Shown here: positions 11,103-21,707 of the stretch, one piece after another
Layout of the letters: the number at the start of each line of letters is the position of its first letter
Numbering within the stretch: position 1 is the stretch's first letter
DNA from: Candidatus Dormiibacterota bacterium
Lineage (GTDB): Bacteria > Chloroflexota > Dormibacteria > Aeolococcales > Aeolococcaceae
Direction of reading: 5' to 3'
Assembly (NCBI GenBank): GCA_963709585.1
Contig: CAVPXI010000013.1
Coordinates: 148,148 to 212,147, forward strand
Length of the DNA stretch: 64,000 bases
The notes under the pieces: model-generated
Databases searched by the model: none
What the model was told of the DNA's origin: nothing
The model's input: only the letters and a program-made list of their open reading frames with translations
Translations under genes and position numbers: made by a program

Positions 11103-11454
11103 ATGGCGACGTTCTTGTTCTCCTACCGGGTGCCGCGCACCCCCCTCGCGCAGGTGCTGGCAGCACTCGACGAGCCGGCCCGCGAGACACGTATGGCTGC
11201 GTGGAATGCGTGGTTCGAAGGGACTCGGCGACCGCCTCGTGCAGCGGGGAAACCCGGTCAACGACGCGCAAGCGCTTGGCAAATGCACCGCTGCCACCAG
11301 GATCGGGGGCTATTCGTTGGTGTCCGCCAACCTCGATGCGGCGGTCGCGCTGGCGAAGGGATGCCCAGGTTTGGAGTGGGGCGGCGGCGTCGAAGTCGGC
11401 GAGTTCATCGAGATCGGACAGCCGCAGCGCACCCAGGCGGAGGCGCGGCCGTGA
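11103..11454 (+). CDS. YCII-related protein (frameshift near 11220)
   Basis: MATFLFSYR...AWNAWF, then LGDRLVQRGNP...IGGYSLV...AVALAKGCP...GGGVEVGE. Confidence 0.7.
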
Positions 11455-11466
11455 CCAACCGAGTTC

Positions 11467-12909
11467 GTGCGTCGTGGTTCCGCCACAGTCGCGCACGACC
11501 GTAGGCGATCGGTGCGCATTTGGACGCTGGCGCTCACGTCGTTGGCGGCGTTCATGGTGTCGCTGGACGCGCTGGTCGTCGTCACTGCTCTGCCGTCGAT
11601 TCAACGCGACCTCCGCGCTGACCTGTCCACCCTTGAGTGGACGCTCAACGCGTACACACTCGCGTTCGCGGCGGGCATCGTCACCGCCGCCGCGCTCGGA
11701 GACCGCTTCGGCCGCCGCCGGGTGTTCGCCGGAGGCCTGGCGCTGTTCAGCGTGGCCTCGGCCGCGTGCGCGCTGGCGCCGACACCTGAGGCGCTGATCG
11801 CTGCCCGGGCCGTGCAGGGATTGGGAGCCGCCGTGGTGACCCCGCTTGCCCTGACCATCCTGGCGAGCGCCTTCCCTGCCGAGCGGCGCGGCATGGTCCT
11901 GGGGCTCTGGGGAGGCATTACCGGGCTCGCCGTTGCCGGTGGCCCGCTGGTCGGCGGTGGGGTGACCCAGGGCCTCGATTGGCACTGGATCTTCTGGGTC
12001 AACGTGCCCATCGGAGTGCTGGCGACGCTGCTGGCGCTCACGCGGCTGCCGGAGAGTCGCGGGCCGGCATCGCGTCTCGACCCCATCGGGGCGCTGCTGG
12101 TGACCGCGGGCGCAGTGAGCATCGCATGGGGTCTGATCCGCGCCAACGGCCCGGGGTGGGGGAGCGGAGAGGTCATCGGTGCCCTGGGCGGCGGGGCCGT
12201 GCTCATCTTCGGGTTCATCCTCTGGGAGCGCCGAGCCCCGGCCCCGATGCTGCCTCTCGAGCTCTTCCGCATCAGAGCCTTCGCCGCCGCAAACGCAACC
12301 GGATTCCTGATGTTCGGGTCGATCTTCTCAGCCGCTTTCCTCATATCGCAGTACTTCCAATTCGCCCTCGGCTACTCACCCGTGGCGACCGGACTGCGCT
12401 TCCTGCCGTGGACAGCCACGCCGATCGTGATCGCGCCGCTCGCCGGTGCTCTGTCCGACCGGATCGGCAGGCGGCCGCTGATGGCCACGGGCTTGTTCCT
12501 GCAGGCTGGCGGACTGCTTTGGATAGCCACTCACGCGACCACAAGTCTCGGCTACGGGCAGCTCGTTATCCCAATGGTTGTCGCCGGGATCGGGATCTCG
12601 ATGGCGATCCCCACTACGCCGACGGCGGCGCTGAGCGCTGTCGCGCCGCAGGACATGGGCAAGGCATCCGGGGTCCAGAACACGCTGACCCGCTTCGGCA
12701 GCGTGTTCGCCGTTGCGGTCGCTGGCGCCGTCTTCGCCGGCTCCGGGCATCTGGGCTCGGCGTCAAGTTTTACCAACGGCTTCCGCCCAGCTCTTACCGT
12801 GGTCGCCGGAATCTCGGCATTGGGTGCGATCTCCGCGCTCGCTGTCGCGGAGCGCAGACGCGGCGCTGCCGAAGCGAAACCGGAGCCGGCACACGCCATG
12901 GCGTCATGA
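11467..12909 (+). CDS. DHA2 (EmrB/QacA) MFS efflux transporter
   Basis: Many TM helices; FMVSLDALVV, LGDRFGRRRVF, WHWIFWVNVPIG motifs. Confidence 0.95.
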   Translation: MRRGSATVAHDRRRSVRIWTLALTSLAAFMVSLDALVVVTALPSIQRDLRADLSTLEWTLNAYTLAFAAGIVTAAALGDRFGRRRVFAGGLALFSVASAACALAPTPEALIAARAVQGLGAAVVTPLALTILASAFPAERRGMVLGLWGGITGLAVAGGPLVGGGVTQGLDWHWIFWVNVPIGVLATLLALTRLPESRGPASRLDPIGALLVTAGAVSIAWGLIRANGPGWGSGEVIGALGGGAVLIFGFILWERRAPAPMLPLELFRIRAFAAANATGFLMFGSIFSAAFLISQYFQFALGYSPVATGLRFLPWTATPIVIAPLAGALSDRIGRRPLMATGLFLQAGGLLWIATHATTSLGYGQLVIPMVVAGIGISMAIPTTPTAALSAVAPQDMGKASGVQNTLTRFGSVFAVAVAGAVFAGSGHLGSASSFTNGFRPALTVVAGISALGAISALAVAERRRGAAEAKPEPAHAMAS

Positions 12910-12963
12910 GTAACCGACGATGAGAATCTATCCAAAGCGCGACCGCTGGTTGAAAGGTTCCTG

Positions 12964-13746
12964 ATGACAAAGCACCGAACGGGAACACGCGGGGAGTGGC
13001 TCGCTGCGCGCACCGAGCTGCTCGCGAAGGAGAAGGAACTCACCCGCCAGAGCGACGAGCTCGCGCGTCAGCGGCAAGAGCTGCCGTGGGTCAGGCTGGA
13101 CAGGGAGTACGCCTTCGACACGGACGAGGGGAGCGCGTCCTTCGCCGAGCTCTTCCGCGGACGCTCGCAGCTTGCTCGTCTACCACTTCATGTTCGGACC
13201 CGACTTCACCGCCGGCTGCCTTGCATGCTCGGCGATCGCTGACGGTTTCAACGGCTTCGCGATTCACCTTGCGAACCACGACGTGATGCTCTGGGCCGTA
13301 TCCCGCACGCCACTCGACAAGCTTCAGGCGTACAAGCGGCGCATGGGCTGGAGCTTCCGTGGGCGTCGTCGAACGACAACGACTTCAACTTCGACTTCAA
13401 CGTCTCCCTCACGGAGGAGCAGCAGCGCTCCGGATCCGAGTACAACTTCAGCAAAGTGCCCCCTCAACCGCCTGCCGAGGTGCCCACGGAGGGTCCGTTG
13501 GCGGCGTGGGCGGCCACGACGGGCACGGACTGGCCCACGTACACACGGGAACGGCCCGGGATGAGCGCGTTCGCGCTCGAGGACGGCTTCGTCTACAACA
13601 CGTAGGCCGCGTACGCGCGCGGGCTCGACGCGCTCTGGGGCATGTACCAATGGCTCGACCGAGCGCCGCGCGGGCGAAACGAGCTGCGAGCCGAGGGCGA
13701 TCCCCTCAACTTCTTCCACCGACACGACGAGTACGACGGCGACTGA
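12964..13746 (+). pseudogene. DUF899 thioredoxin-like protein, disrupted (two frameshifts and an in-frame TAG near 13603)
   Basis: EWLAARTELLAKEKELTR, YHFMFGPDFTAGCLACS and ARGLDALWGMYQWLDRAPRGRNE lie in three frames. Some lesions may be sequencing error. Confidence 0.75.
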
Positions 13747-13846
13747 CGTCAGCCGAGCCCGGCAGGCGCGTTGCGACGGCGGTACTGAAGGCCGACGGGA
13801 CTCGGTACGTCACCCTGGTCGTTGAAGCGCGCGGACGAGCGCAGTT

Positions 13847-14192
13847 AAAACTGTAAGCGCTATGTATGCGCTTGCCTGCCACAATCTCGTCCTATGAGCA
13901 GCGGCATCCGGCCTCAACCGTCGGAGTTGATGCCTTTTGCGGGAACAGCCATTATTCCCGGTTAGAGCACTACACTCCGTGGCGCGTAGGCGCCCATCAC
14001 ACCTCGCTACCTCCTCTACGCGAACTCAAATTGCGCGTCCGTCGGGGAGACAGGACTCGAACCTGCGACCCCCTGGTCCCCCAGACTAGTACTTATTTCC
14101 CGCTGCGGGTTGCATTCGACTTAGAGTGCTTTCGTCCGGAAATGGTTTGGAATGACGACTAGAGGACGGATGATGGAATCCGTTGGAATCGA
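13847..14192. repeat. Family A junction 3: left arm (13847-14040), tRNA-Pro 3' core (14041-14089), right arm
   Basis: Left arm most similar to 63169-63361; core ends CCCCCAGACTAGTACT versus tRNA CCCCCAGACCAGTACT. Confidence 0.95.
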
Positions 14193-14353
14193 CTCGAAAT
14201 CTCGAAGCGCTCTCCAGTGTCCCGTAGGCCCGGGCCCGCGCCGTCCCTGCGAAGATGATCCTGATGCGTTCATGCTGTCGAGTCCTTCTACTTGGTCCAC
14301 TGCGGCGGTGGCTTGACTTTTCGATGCGTCCTGGCTGCTTAGGTGTGCACCGA

Positions 14354-15592
14354 TTAGCGCAGCGACCTGAACGCCGCTCGCATCTCGCCCGCAAAAAGCT
14401 CCGGTTGTTCCCAGGCGGCGAAGTGACCGCCCCTGTCGAGCTCGTTGAAGTAGACGAGGTTCGGGTAGGCGCGCTCGGCCCAGTTGCGCGGTGGGGGGAT
14501 GATCTCTCGTGGGAACCTGCTCACGGCTGCAGGGATCGAGACCGCGCCGCCGACCTTGGCTTTGTGGGCGGTTTCCTCCCAGTAGATGCGGGCCGAGGAC
14601 GCCGCGGTGTTCGTGAGCCAGTAAAGCGTGATGTCATCGAGCATCTCGTCTTTCGTGAGGGCGCACTCGGGTTCGCCGTCCGTGTCGGTCCACTCCGTGA
14701 ACTTCTCGTAGAACCAGGCGGCCAAGCCGACCGGCGAGTCCGCTAGCGAGTAGCCGATCGTCTGCGGGCGTGTGCCCTGTATTGCCCGAAAGCCTGAGCC
14801 GCTCGCGGCAAAGCTCTTTGATGCCTCATAGGCGATGGTTTCCTCGGTTGACAGCCCCGCCGGCGGCGGTTCGCCGTTCTTGAGCGCCTTGGCGACCTCG
14901 GGCGGAATCGCCGTTTGCGTGTTCGCCGTTGGTGGCCGTTCGATCGCTCCCAGCAACGTGGTGACGTGGATACCAACCAGACCATCCGGGGCCTGGCGGC
15001 CCAACACGTCCGTGACGACCGCACCCCAGTCGCCGCCCTGGGATACATAGCGCCGATAGCCCAGCCGCCTCATCAGCTCAGCCCACGCGCCGGCGATGCG
15101 TTCGGGATTCCAGCCTGACGCCTGCGGCCGGGCGGAGAAGCCGAACCCGGGCATTGACGGCACGACCAGATCGAACGCGTCCTCCGCCCCGGCTCCATGG
15201 GATTCGGGATCGCTAAGCGGCCCGATCACCTTCACGAACTCGAGGAACGAGCCCGGCCAGCCGTGGGTCAGGATCAGCGGCAGCGCGTTCGCATGAGGCG
15301 AGCGGACATGGATGAAATGGATGTCGAGCCCGTCGATCTCCGTGATGAACTGAGGGAACTCTTTCATCCTGGCCTCGAGGTTGCGCCAGTCGTAATCAGT
15401 GGCCCAGTAGTCGACCAGCTGCTGCACCCTTGCCAGCTGTATGCCCTGCGTGCGATCGTCGACGGTCTCACGGTCAGGCCAGCGCGGTGTCGCCACACGA
15501 CGGCGGAGCTCCTGTAGCGACTCCTCCGGGATGTCGATCTGGAAGGGACGAATACTGACATTCGAGCCTTCCGCTGTGGTGCTGGAGGTCAT
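14354..15592 (-). CDS. Epoxide hydrolase (EHN plus alpha/beta hydrolase)
   Basis: [24 protein letters not shown] motifs. Confidence 0.95.
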   Translation of the reverse strand: MTSSTTAEGSNVSIRPFQIDIPEESLQELRRRVATPRWPDRETVDDRTQGIQLARVQQLVDYWATDYDWRNLEARMKEFPQFITEIDGLDIHFIHVRSPHANALPLILTHGWPGSFLEFVKVIGPLSDPESHGAGAEDAFDLVVPSMPGFGFSARPQASGWNPERIAGAWAELMRRLGYRRYVSQGGDWGAVVTDVLGRQAPDGLVGIHVTTLLGAIERPPTANTQTAIPPEVAKALKNGEPPPAGLSTEETIAYEASKSFAASGSGFRAIQGTRPQTIGYSLADSPVGLAAWFYEKFTEWTDTDGEPECALTKDEMLDDITLYWLTNTAASSARIYWEETAHKAKVGGAVSIPAAVSRFPREIIPPPRNWAERAYPNLVYFNELDRGGHFAAWEQPELFAGEMRAAFRSLR

Positions 15593-15828
15593 CCGTGGAA
15601 CCCCTTTCCTGCTAAGGGCCCAACACCCAACTTGACTCCGTACGAACCCCTTCCGATCGCTTGTGCCGATCGGCTATGCGGTCTTTGGCACTGTGCTGGC
15701 GATTTCAGCGCAGCCGCGTTCAAACGTCGGGTTGTCGGGGCCGTCATTTGTACCGGCTGTATTGTGGGGCTTAGGCTTTGTGTCGAGCACTTCATTCGGC
15801 CCGACTACCTCCCTCGGGCTGGCTACTG

Positions 15829-16797
15829 CTAGCCGAAGGTGAAGACGTAGGCTTCGATGCTGGGAGCGAGGAAGGTGATCTCGAACGTGCGGTCGGTGAT
15901 CGATCCCGGCTGGCGAACTAGCTGATAGAGCCGCGGTTGGGCCACCATGCCGTGGCCTTCTTCGTCCACGTCGACGCCGTGCGCGTCGCCGGGAGGCTCG
16001 CCGTCGATGAGCACTCGGAACGGCACGGACGTCCCTCGCTCCCGCGGTCGCAGGACGAGATGGACGTCGCGGGCGTGGAAGCGGAACGCGATCCGTCCCT
16101 CGGCTCGGTTCAGCAGGCTGGCCCCGCTCTCGATCGTCCAGTCCCCGGAGAGAGCCCAGTGGTTGAGGCTCAAAGAGTCGGGCGCGGCGTACGTTCGAGG
16201 TTCGTCGAACGCGACACCAGCGGAAGACGCGAAGTTCTGAGTTTGCTCGTAGCCGAGGTACGTCTCGGGCGACGCCAGGTTCGTCCAATCGGCTTGAGCC
16301 TCGAAACCATCGGCAGCGACGGAGACCAGAGCGTCACCGACGCCCTCAACCCGAGCCTCGCGCAGCAACCGCTGAATCACCCGTTCGGACTCTTCGTAGC
16401 GACCCTCGCCGAATTGGTGATGCCGGATTCGCCCATGCGCGTCTGCGATATACACGGCGGGCCAGTAGTGATTGCTGAACGCGCGCCACAGCCCATAGTC
16501 GCTGTCGATCGCGACCGGATACTCGATCCGCATGTCCCTCACGGCTTCGCGGACGTTGTCGACGTCTTGCTCGAACGGGAACTCGGGCGTGTGCACACCG
16601 ACGGTGACCAACCCCCGATCGTGGTACTTCTCGTCCCACGCGCGGACGTAAGAGAGCGTGCGGAGCCAGTTGATGCACGTGTACGTCCAGAAATCGACGA
16701 GAACGACCTTCCCCGCCACGTCCGCCGCGGCGAGCGGAGGCGAATTCAACCACCCGATCGCCCCGTCGAAACCCGGGAGATGACCCTCGGAGGACAT
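15829..16797 (-). CDS. Redoxin/thioredoxin-domain protein (DipZ C-terminal-like)
   Basis: VLVDFWTYTCINW, GVHTPEF, NHYWPA, SPETYLGY, EAYVFTFG. Start uncertain. Confidence 0.85.
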   Translation of the reverse strand: MSSEGHLPGFDGAIGWLNSPPLAAADVAGKVVLVDFWTYTCINWLRTLSYVRAWDEKYHDRGLVTVGVHTPEFPFEQDVDNVREAVRDMRIEYPVAIDSDYGLWRAFSNHYWPAVYIADAHGRIRHHQFGEGRYEESERVIQRLLREARVEGVGDALVSVAADGFEAQADWTNLASPETYLGYEQTQNFASSAGVAFDEPRTYAAPDSLSLNHWALSGDWTIESGASLLNRAEGRIAFRFHARDVHLVLRPRERGTSVPFRVLIDGEPPGDAHGVDVDEEGHGMVAQPRLYQLVRQPGSITDRTFEITFLAPSIEAYVFTFG

Positions 16798-16859
16798 CGG
16801 AGCCGGCCCTCCATGGCGGAACACGTCGCTCCAACTCACATCGCACCGGACTTGCATTC

Positions 16860-17045
16860 AGCCAGCCCTGGCAGCCGCCAGCGATAGTTATGGACGACGC
16901 TCGTCACTTCCTGGCTCCATGCTCCCGGAGCCGTCGGAACGCCCTCCGGATCTCTTTCGGAGAACAGCTCCGGCTCTTCCCACGCGGCGAAGTGGCCGCC
17001 CTTGTCGACTTCGTTGAAGTAGGTGACGTTAGGGTAGGCGTCGAG
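16860..17045 (-). pseudogene. Fused hydrolase remnants (epoxide hydrolase C-terminus plus alpha/beta-hydrolase fragment)
   Basis: [28 protein letters not shown] followed by VVHNYRWRLPGLAE, without the rest of either gene. Confidence 0.7.
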
Positions 17046-17517
17046 GTCCCGAACCAGGACCACAGCGTGACGAATCGCCCCTGGCACAGCCAAGACGGTA
17101 ACAACAAGCGGTGATACTCCGGGTATCTCGATCGCGACGAAGCAGGTGTCTCGGCCGGAGTCCCGAGAGACCCGCAACTCGCCACTTGCGCAACCGACCT
17201 CGCCGCCGGCGCCCATCGGGGTGAGTGTTCGCTCCGAGAGCAGTGCTTTTCCGCGCAAGGAGGAGCCGGTGCTAGCCGCCGTCCAGTTAATGCCGGCCAC
17301 CCTGCGGACGAGCCGCGAGGCGCCCGCCGCCAAGCGGCGCACTGCTGCATCCACCGCCAAGGGACGGCAGTCTCATCGGTCGCGGGCGCGCTGCCCTGGC
17401 CGACACCGGCGGCCACGCAGGCATCGGCGCGGACGCTTACGCGTGTCACCACCAAACCCGACTCAGTCTGCAGGGCCGGTCAGCGCTGCGAAGCCGTCAA
17501 AGAGGACCCATGATTGA

Positions 17518-17652
17518 TGACCGCCTCAGTCGCGCGTCGACGTCTCATGGACGTTTGATGGACGGCGGCGGGAGACGGGGGTCTCCCGCGCCAGTACCAC
17601 TACAGTCGGTGGGAGTTGACTTCTCGTACCGGCTAGCTGCAGCTGCGTGAGG
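17518..17652. repeat. Family B repeat copy 1 (partial)
   Basis: TCGACGTCTCATGGACGTTTGATGGACGGCGGCGGGAGACGGGGGTCTCCCGCGCCAGTACCAC. Confidence 0.9.
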
Positions 17653-17803
17653 GAGCGCCTCAACATTGAGCGGCAACGGAGTCAGCGAAGCAGTCCATGG
17701 CTCGCAATGCGATTGGTCACAGGGAGACAGTGAGCCCGTCATAGGCCAGCTCCAAATCCAGCGTCGACCTCGGCTAACCGGTCGAGCATGGGCTGGCGCC
17801 AGG

Positions 17804-18271
17804 CTACTCGGACACTTGGGTGAGCCATTCGCCAGGAACTTGTCTGGTGGCCACGTTGACGCGGTTGAAGACGTTCACGGTGGCGATCCACAAGACCAGC
17901 GCGGCTAGCGCCTTCTCGTCGTAGTGTTTGACGGCTTCGTCCCAGATCTCGTCAGGTACGGGGTCGGTGCGGTCGCTGAGCCGGGTGACGGCTTCGGTGA
18001 GGGCCAGGGCGGCACGTTCGGCGTCGGTGAAGTACGGGGTACCCCTCCAGGCGACCAGAGTGAAGAGTCGCTCATCCGTCTCGCCACCTTTTCGGGCTTT
18101 GGCCGCGGCGCCAACGCAGACGCTGCATCCGTTGATCTGGCTGGCTCGCAGGTGGACGAGGTCGAGCGTTCGCTGTGGCACGCCACCTTGTTGCACGGCC
18201 TCGTTCAGCGCTCTGATCGGGGCCATGGCCTCGGGGATGATCACGGCCGGGTTCTTCATTCGGGCTTGCAT
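17804..18271 (-). CDS. Carboxymuconolactone decarboxylase / AhpD-like protein
   Basis: LVHLRASQINGCSVC...FTDAERAALALTEAVT; RBS GAGGAGGA. Confidence 0.9.
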   Translation of the reverse strand: MQARMKNPAVIIPEAMAPIRALNEAVQQGGVPQRTLDLVHLRASQINGCSVCVGAAAKARKGGETDERLFTLVAWRGTPYFTDAERAALALTEAVTRLSDRTDPVPDEIWDEAVKHYDEKALAALVLWIATVNVFNRVNVATRQVPGEWLTQVSE

Positions 18272-18353
18272 GACGGTGTTCCTCCTCGATGTCGATATCG
18301 TCTGCTTAGGTGCGATCGGGCGATTCGGGCATACGCTCGAGGCCGGCAAGCCT

Positions 18354-19196
18354 CTAGCCGCCGTTGACCCGCGACGCGTGGTCTAGGTCGCTGCGGTCCT
18401 CCTGCAGTCGCGCGGTCAGGAACTGGTCCCAGGTCTTGGTTCCGACCGTGAGCAGGGATGACGGAAGCAGAGCGCCCTGACGCACAGCCTTGCTTCCGGG
18501 TATCCGCACGGGAACCACCCACCGGTGGCGATGGGTGGCCGTCAGGTAGCTGCGAAACAGGTCCACCCAACTCGATACTTGCGGTCCGGCCATGTCCGGG
18601 GCGCGGCCGGCGGGCTCACCGAGGGCGAACTCGACGAGACGGGCCGCGACCTCGCCGGGATCGACCGGCTGGACACGAAAGCCAGCCGGCACCGGTGACA
18701 CCACTGGGAATTTCGATAGTTTCCGGGAATTGTCGAAGCAATAGTCGTAGAACTGCGTGACCCGAAGGATCGTCCACGGTAGGCCGCTGTTCTCCACGAT
18801 CCGCTCGACCTCGAGCTTGGCCTTCACGTATCCCCATGACGCGATCTGGTCGATGCCAACGATGGACGGCTGCACGAAGTGCGGAGAGCCGGTCCGGGTC
18901 GCCACCGTCACCAGATTCCTGGTCGCGTCCGCGTCGCCCTTCGTGCTGGTCGCGCAATGGATGATCGCCCCGACGCCGCTCACGGCCGGATCGATGCCGA
19001 CGCCCCGCCGGAGATCTCCGATGAAGAACGTGACCTGGGGCAGCGTGTCGCGCTGGTGGCGGGCGAGCACACGCACCTCGCAGTCGGCGTCGACCAGCCG
19101 GGCAACGACAAGTCGTCCCAGGCGGCCGGTGCCACCCGTGACGAGGACGGTCGATGTCATCTGATCGACTCCGGCGGCTTCGAGCACACGCGTCAT
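18354..19196 (-). CDS. NAD(P)H-binding NmrA-like/atypical SDR protein
   Basis: VLVTGGTGRLG Rossmann motif, YVKAK. Confidence 0.85.
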   Translation of the reverse strand: MTRVLEAAGVDQMTSTVLVTGGTGRLGRLVVARLVDADCEVRVLARHQRDTLPQVTFFIGDLRRGVGIDPAVSGVGAIIHCATSTKGDADATRNLVTVATRTGSPHFVQPSIVGIDQIASWGYVKAKLEVERIVENSGLPWTILRVTQFYDYCFDNSRKLSKFPVVSPVPAGFRVQPVDPGEVAARLVEFALGEPAGRAPDMAGPQVSSWVDLFRSYLTATHRHRWVVPVRIPGSKAVRQGALLPSSLLTVGTKTWDQFLTARLQEDRSDLDHASRVNGG

Positions 19197-19269
19197 CCCA
19201 GGCTCCTTGTCACACTTGCTGTGTTTCGTTCGTCACTCCTATGACGGATGGCGACAGAAGAATGTGACG

Positions 19270-20148
19270 ATGGTTGAAACCGATGGGCTGACGGAGCGGT
19301 TCGAGGCCAGCCGGCCCCGGCTGCGGGCGGTGGCCTCCCGCATGCTTGGCTCCCACGCCGACGCGGACGACGCCGTCCAGGAGACGTGGCTGCGGCTTGA
19401 CCGTACCGACGCCGGTGCGGTGGAGAACCTCAGCGGGTGGCTGACCACGGTCGTCGCGAGGGTGTGCCTAGACCAGCTGCGCGCCCGACGGTTACGGCGC
19501 GAAGACGCCGCAGGCGACCAGCTTCCAGACGAAATCGTGGGCATCGCGGACGACTTCGACCCAGAACAGCAGGCTCTCCTTGCCGAGTCAGTCGGGTCCG
19601 CATTGCTCGTGGTGCTTGACATGCTGGCTCCAACCGAGCGCGTTGTGTTCGTGCTGCACGACATCTTCGCGATGCCGTTCGACGAAATCGGCCCCATCGT
19701 CGGGCGATCGTCGGGCGCGGCACGGCAGATCGCCAGTCGGGCCCGGCGCCGCCTGCAAGGCGCGGACAACGTTGCCGACCTCGACCTCACCCGCGGTCGG
19801 GAGGTTGCCGCCGCGTTTCTTGCTGCCTCCCGCGCGGGCAACTTCGACGCCCTGCTGAGCTTGCTCGATCCCGACGTTGTGGTCCGGTCAGATGACACCC
19901 CCATCCGGGGGGGACGAGCCAAGCCGACGGCCGAGGGCGCCGTAGCTGTAGCCACATGGTTCTCGAAAGGGGCGAAGGGACTCCAAGGCGCGGTCATCGA
20001 CAGCGCGGCCGGCATCGTCTGGGCTCCGGGCGGACGGCTTCGGGGTGTGCTCGGCCTGACAATCACGGACGGCAAAATCGTCGAGATCAACCTGATCGCA
20101 GACCCCGAGCGCATCCGCAAGTTCGACATTGTGTTCGTGGACGGATAA
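19270..20148 (+). CDS. ECF41 (SigJ-like) sigma factor with SnoaL extension
   Basis: RLRAVASRMLGSHADADDAVQETWLR, ARQIASRARRR, LLDPDVVVRSD. Divergent from CMD and NAD(P)H-binding genes, the usual ECF41 context. Confidence 0.9.
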   Translation: MVETDGLTERFEASRPRLRAVASRMLGSHADADDAVQETWLRLDRTDAGAVENLSGWLTTVVARVCLDQLRARRLRREDAAGDQLPDEIVGIADDFDPEQQALLAESVGSALLVVLDMLAPTERVVFVLHDIFAMPFDEIGPIVGRSSGAARQIASRARRRLQGADNVADLDLTRGREVAAAFLAASRAGNFDALLSLLDPDVVVRSDDTPIRGGRAKPTAEGAVAVATWFSKGAKGLQGAVIDSAAGIVWAPGGRLRGVLGLTITDGKIVEINLIADPERIRKFDIVFVDG

Positions 20149-20232
20149 CCGCAGTCGAGACATCGACACTGTCTGCTGAACACAAACGGACGCAGCTGCC
20201 GTAGCCGAGCTCTGTAGACGCATTGTCGCGGG

Positions 20233-21706
20233 TCAGCGACCTCCGTCAGCAATGGACCGCGCTGCACGGCACTCGCACTCCTCGGGGCAGTCCATGAGCA
20301 GTACGCGCGACGTGGCGCTGAGGAAGTTGTACTGCCAGTGGAAGCCGCTCTGAGGTGCGACGCCAAGAAGTTCCTGTACAACAATCGACGCGCCCACAAC
20401 GCCGGCAAGCCCGTTGACAAAGGGAGCCGCCCCGACGAAGTCACCGCCGGTTCCGCCCAGGCTGGACCGCGTGATGTAGCCGCAGATGAGTGTACTCGCA
20501 CGTCGAGCGTCCTCAAGGTTCTGGCGATGGACGGCCGGAGCAGCCGCGATGTCATCTTCTGAGATGGGCTGGTTGTACGAACTCGGTGATGCGCTCAGGC
20601 CGAAGGCCAGTCTGTTGTGCGACACGGGCAGGATAGGACACCGCGTCTGGGGGAGCCGTGTGCGCACCGAGGAGGCACTGGCCACCCTCTCCGGCCCTCC
20701 AAAGATGGACCTGGGCGGTTGTTCCGCCTGCAGCCATGTCAACAATGGTGTGAGGCCAGAGTTGCTGTATCGCATGTCTTGGTAGGGCCTCGTCGAAACC
20801 AGTGATGACCAGTGGTGGAAGCGGAAGACTCCAATCCCTGATCCTGGGGATGAAGAGATCCAACTCCTCCGTGTGTGGTGTGACGTCGAACCTGTGCAAG
20901 GCTCGCTTGATCAGCTGCGTCTTCTCGGTGCCGAAGTCGCCGGCGCAAACGAGCGCGTACGCGCCCCAGTTTTCAGGCCCAACGACCTCTCGATCGACGG
21001 TCAACAGAACGCCGGCGAGAGGAAGTTCCGATATCGCGGCTGCCCAGCCATTGCCCACTCCTCCACAACCAGCCAGCAAACCGTCAAGGTCCGGAATCGG
21101 TATAGAGAGAGGGAAACCCGTATCGAAGGCGCCAAGCGGGCCCGACTGGCCGGACAGGAGAGACAACTCGCGCTCCCGCTGGACGGGCGGGTGGCCGATT
21201 AAGCGAAGAAAGGTTTCCGCCGCAGCGAGACAGGCCGCACCCATTGCACCAAGAGCGTTGACGGGTTCGGGGCTCCATGGCAATCGAACTGCCTCGGCGA
21301 GGGTCGCGGCGATCCTAGCAACCCAGCCCGTCGAGTTCACGGTGATGTGCTCCGGCCCGACCTGACTGACCGTGCCTACGGTGATGACGACGTCGGCATT
21401 GGTTTCGGCGACGTCGTTGATGGTGCTGGCGTGCACACCGTCGGTGATTGCGACGGCAAGCGCGGCACACTGCTCGGCAAGGCGAGGGTTCCCCGCCGAG
21501 ACGCGGACATTAGGGCAGAACCGGAGCAATTGATTAACGAGGGTGCGCACCAGGACGTGGGCGCTTGGGTCATTTTCGAGCAGGGAATCCAGTCGGACAA
21601 GAACCGTCGATGCGGTGAGGCGAGCGTCAATGTCGTCCTCGGATTCGTGCTGAAGACCAGCTCCGAGCCGTACTGGACGGCTATCAATTCGACTGCTATC
21701 GGCCAC
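20233..21706 (-). CDS. E1-like ThiF-family activating enzyme with N-terminal inactive adenylation-like domain (frameshift near 20580)
   Basis: NALGAMGAACLAAAETF (inactive half), GCGGVG nucleotide loop, VDREVVGPEN, GFD. The other frame continues ICGY (candidate catalytic Cys), APFVNGLAGV and terminal CPEECEC. GTG start 1 nt after the JAB stop. Confidence 0.85.
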
Positions 21707-21707
21707 G

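Larger units (their letters stand above)
6926..14040. mobile_element. Integrase-less unit III (about 7.1 kb; two ECF sigma factors, YCII proteins, MFS, DUF899)
   Basis: Between junctions 2 and 3. Confidence 0.75.
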
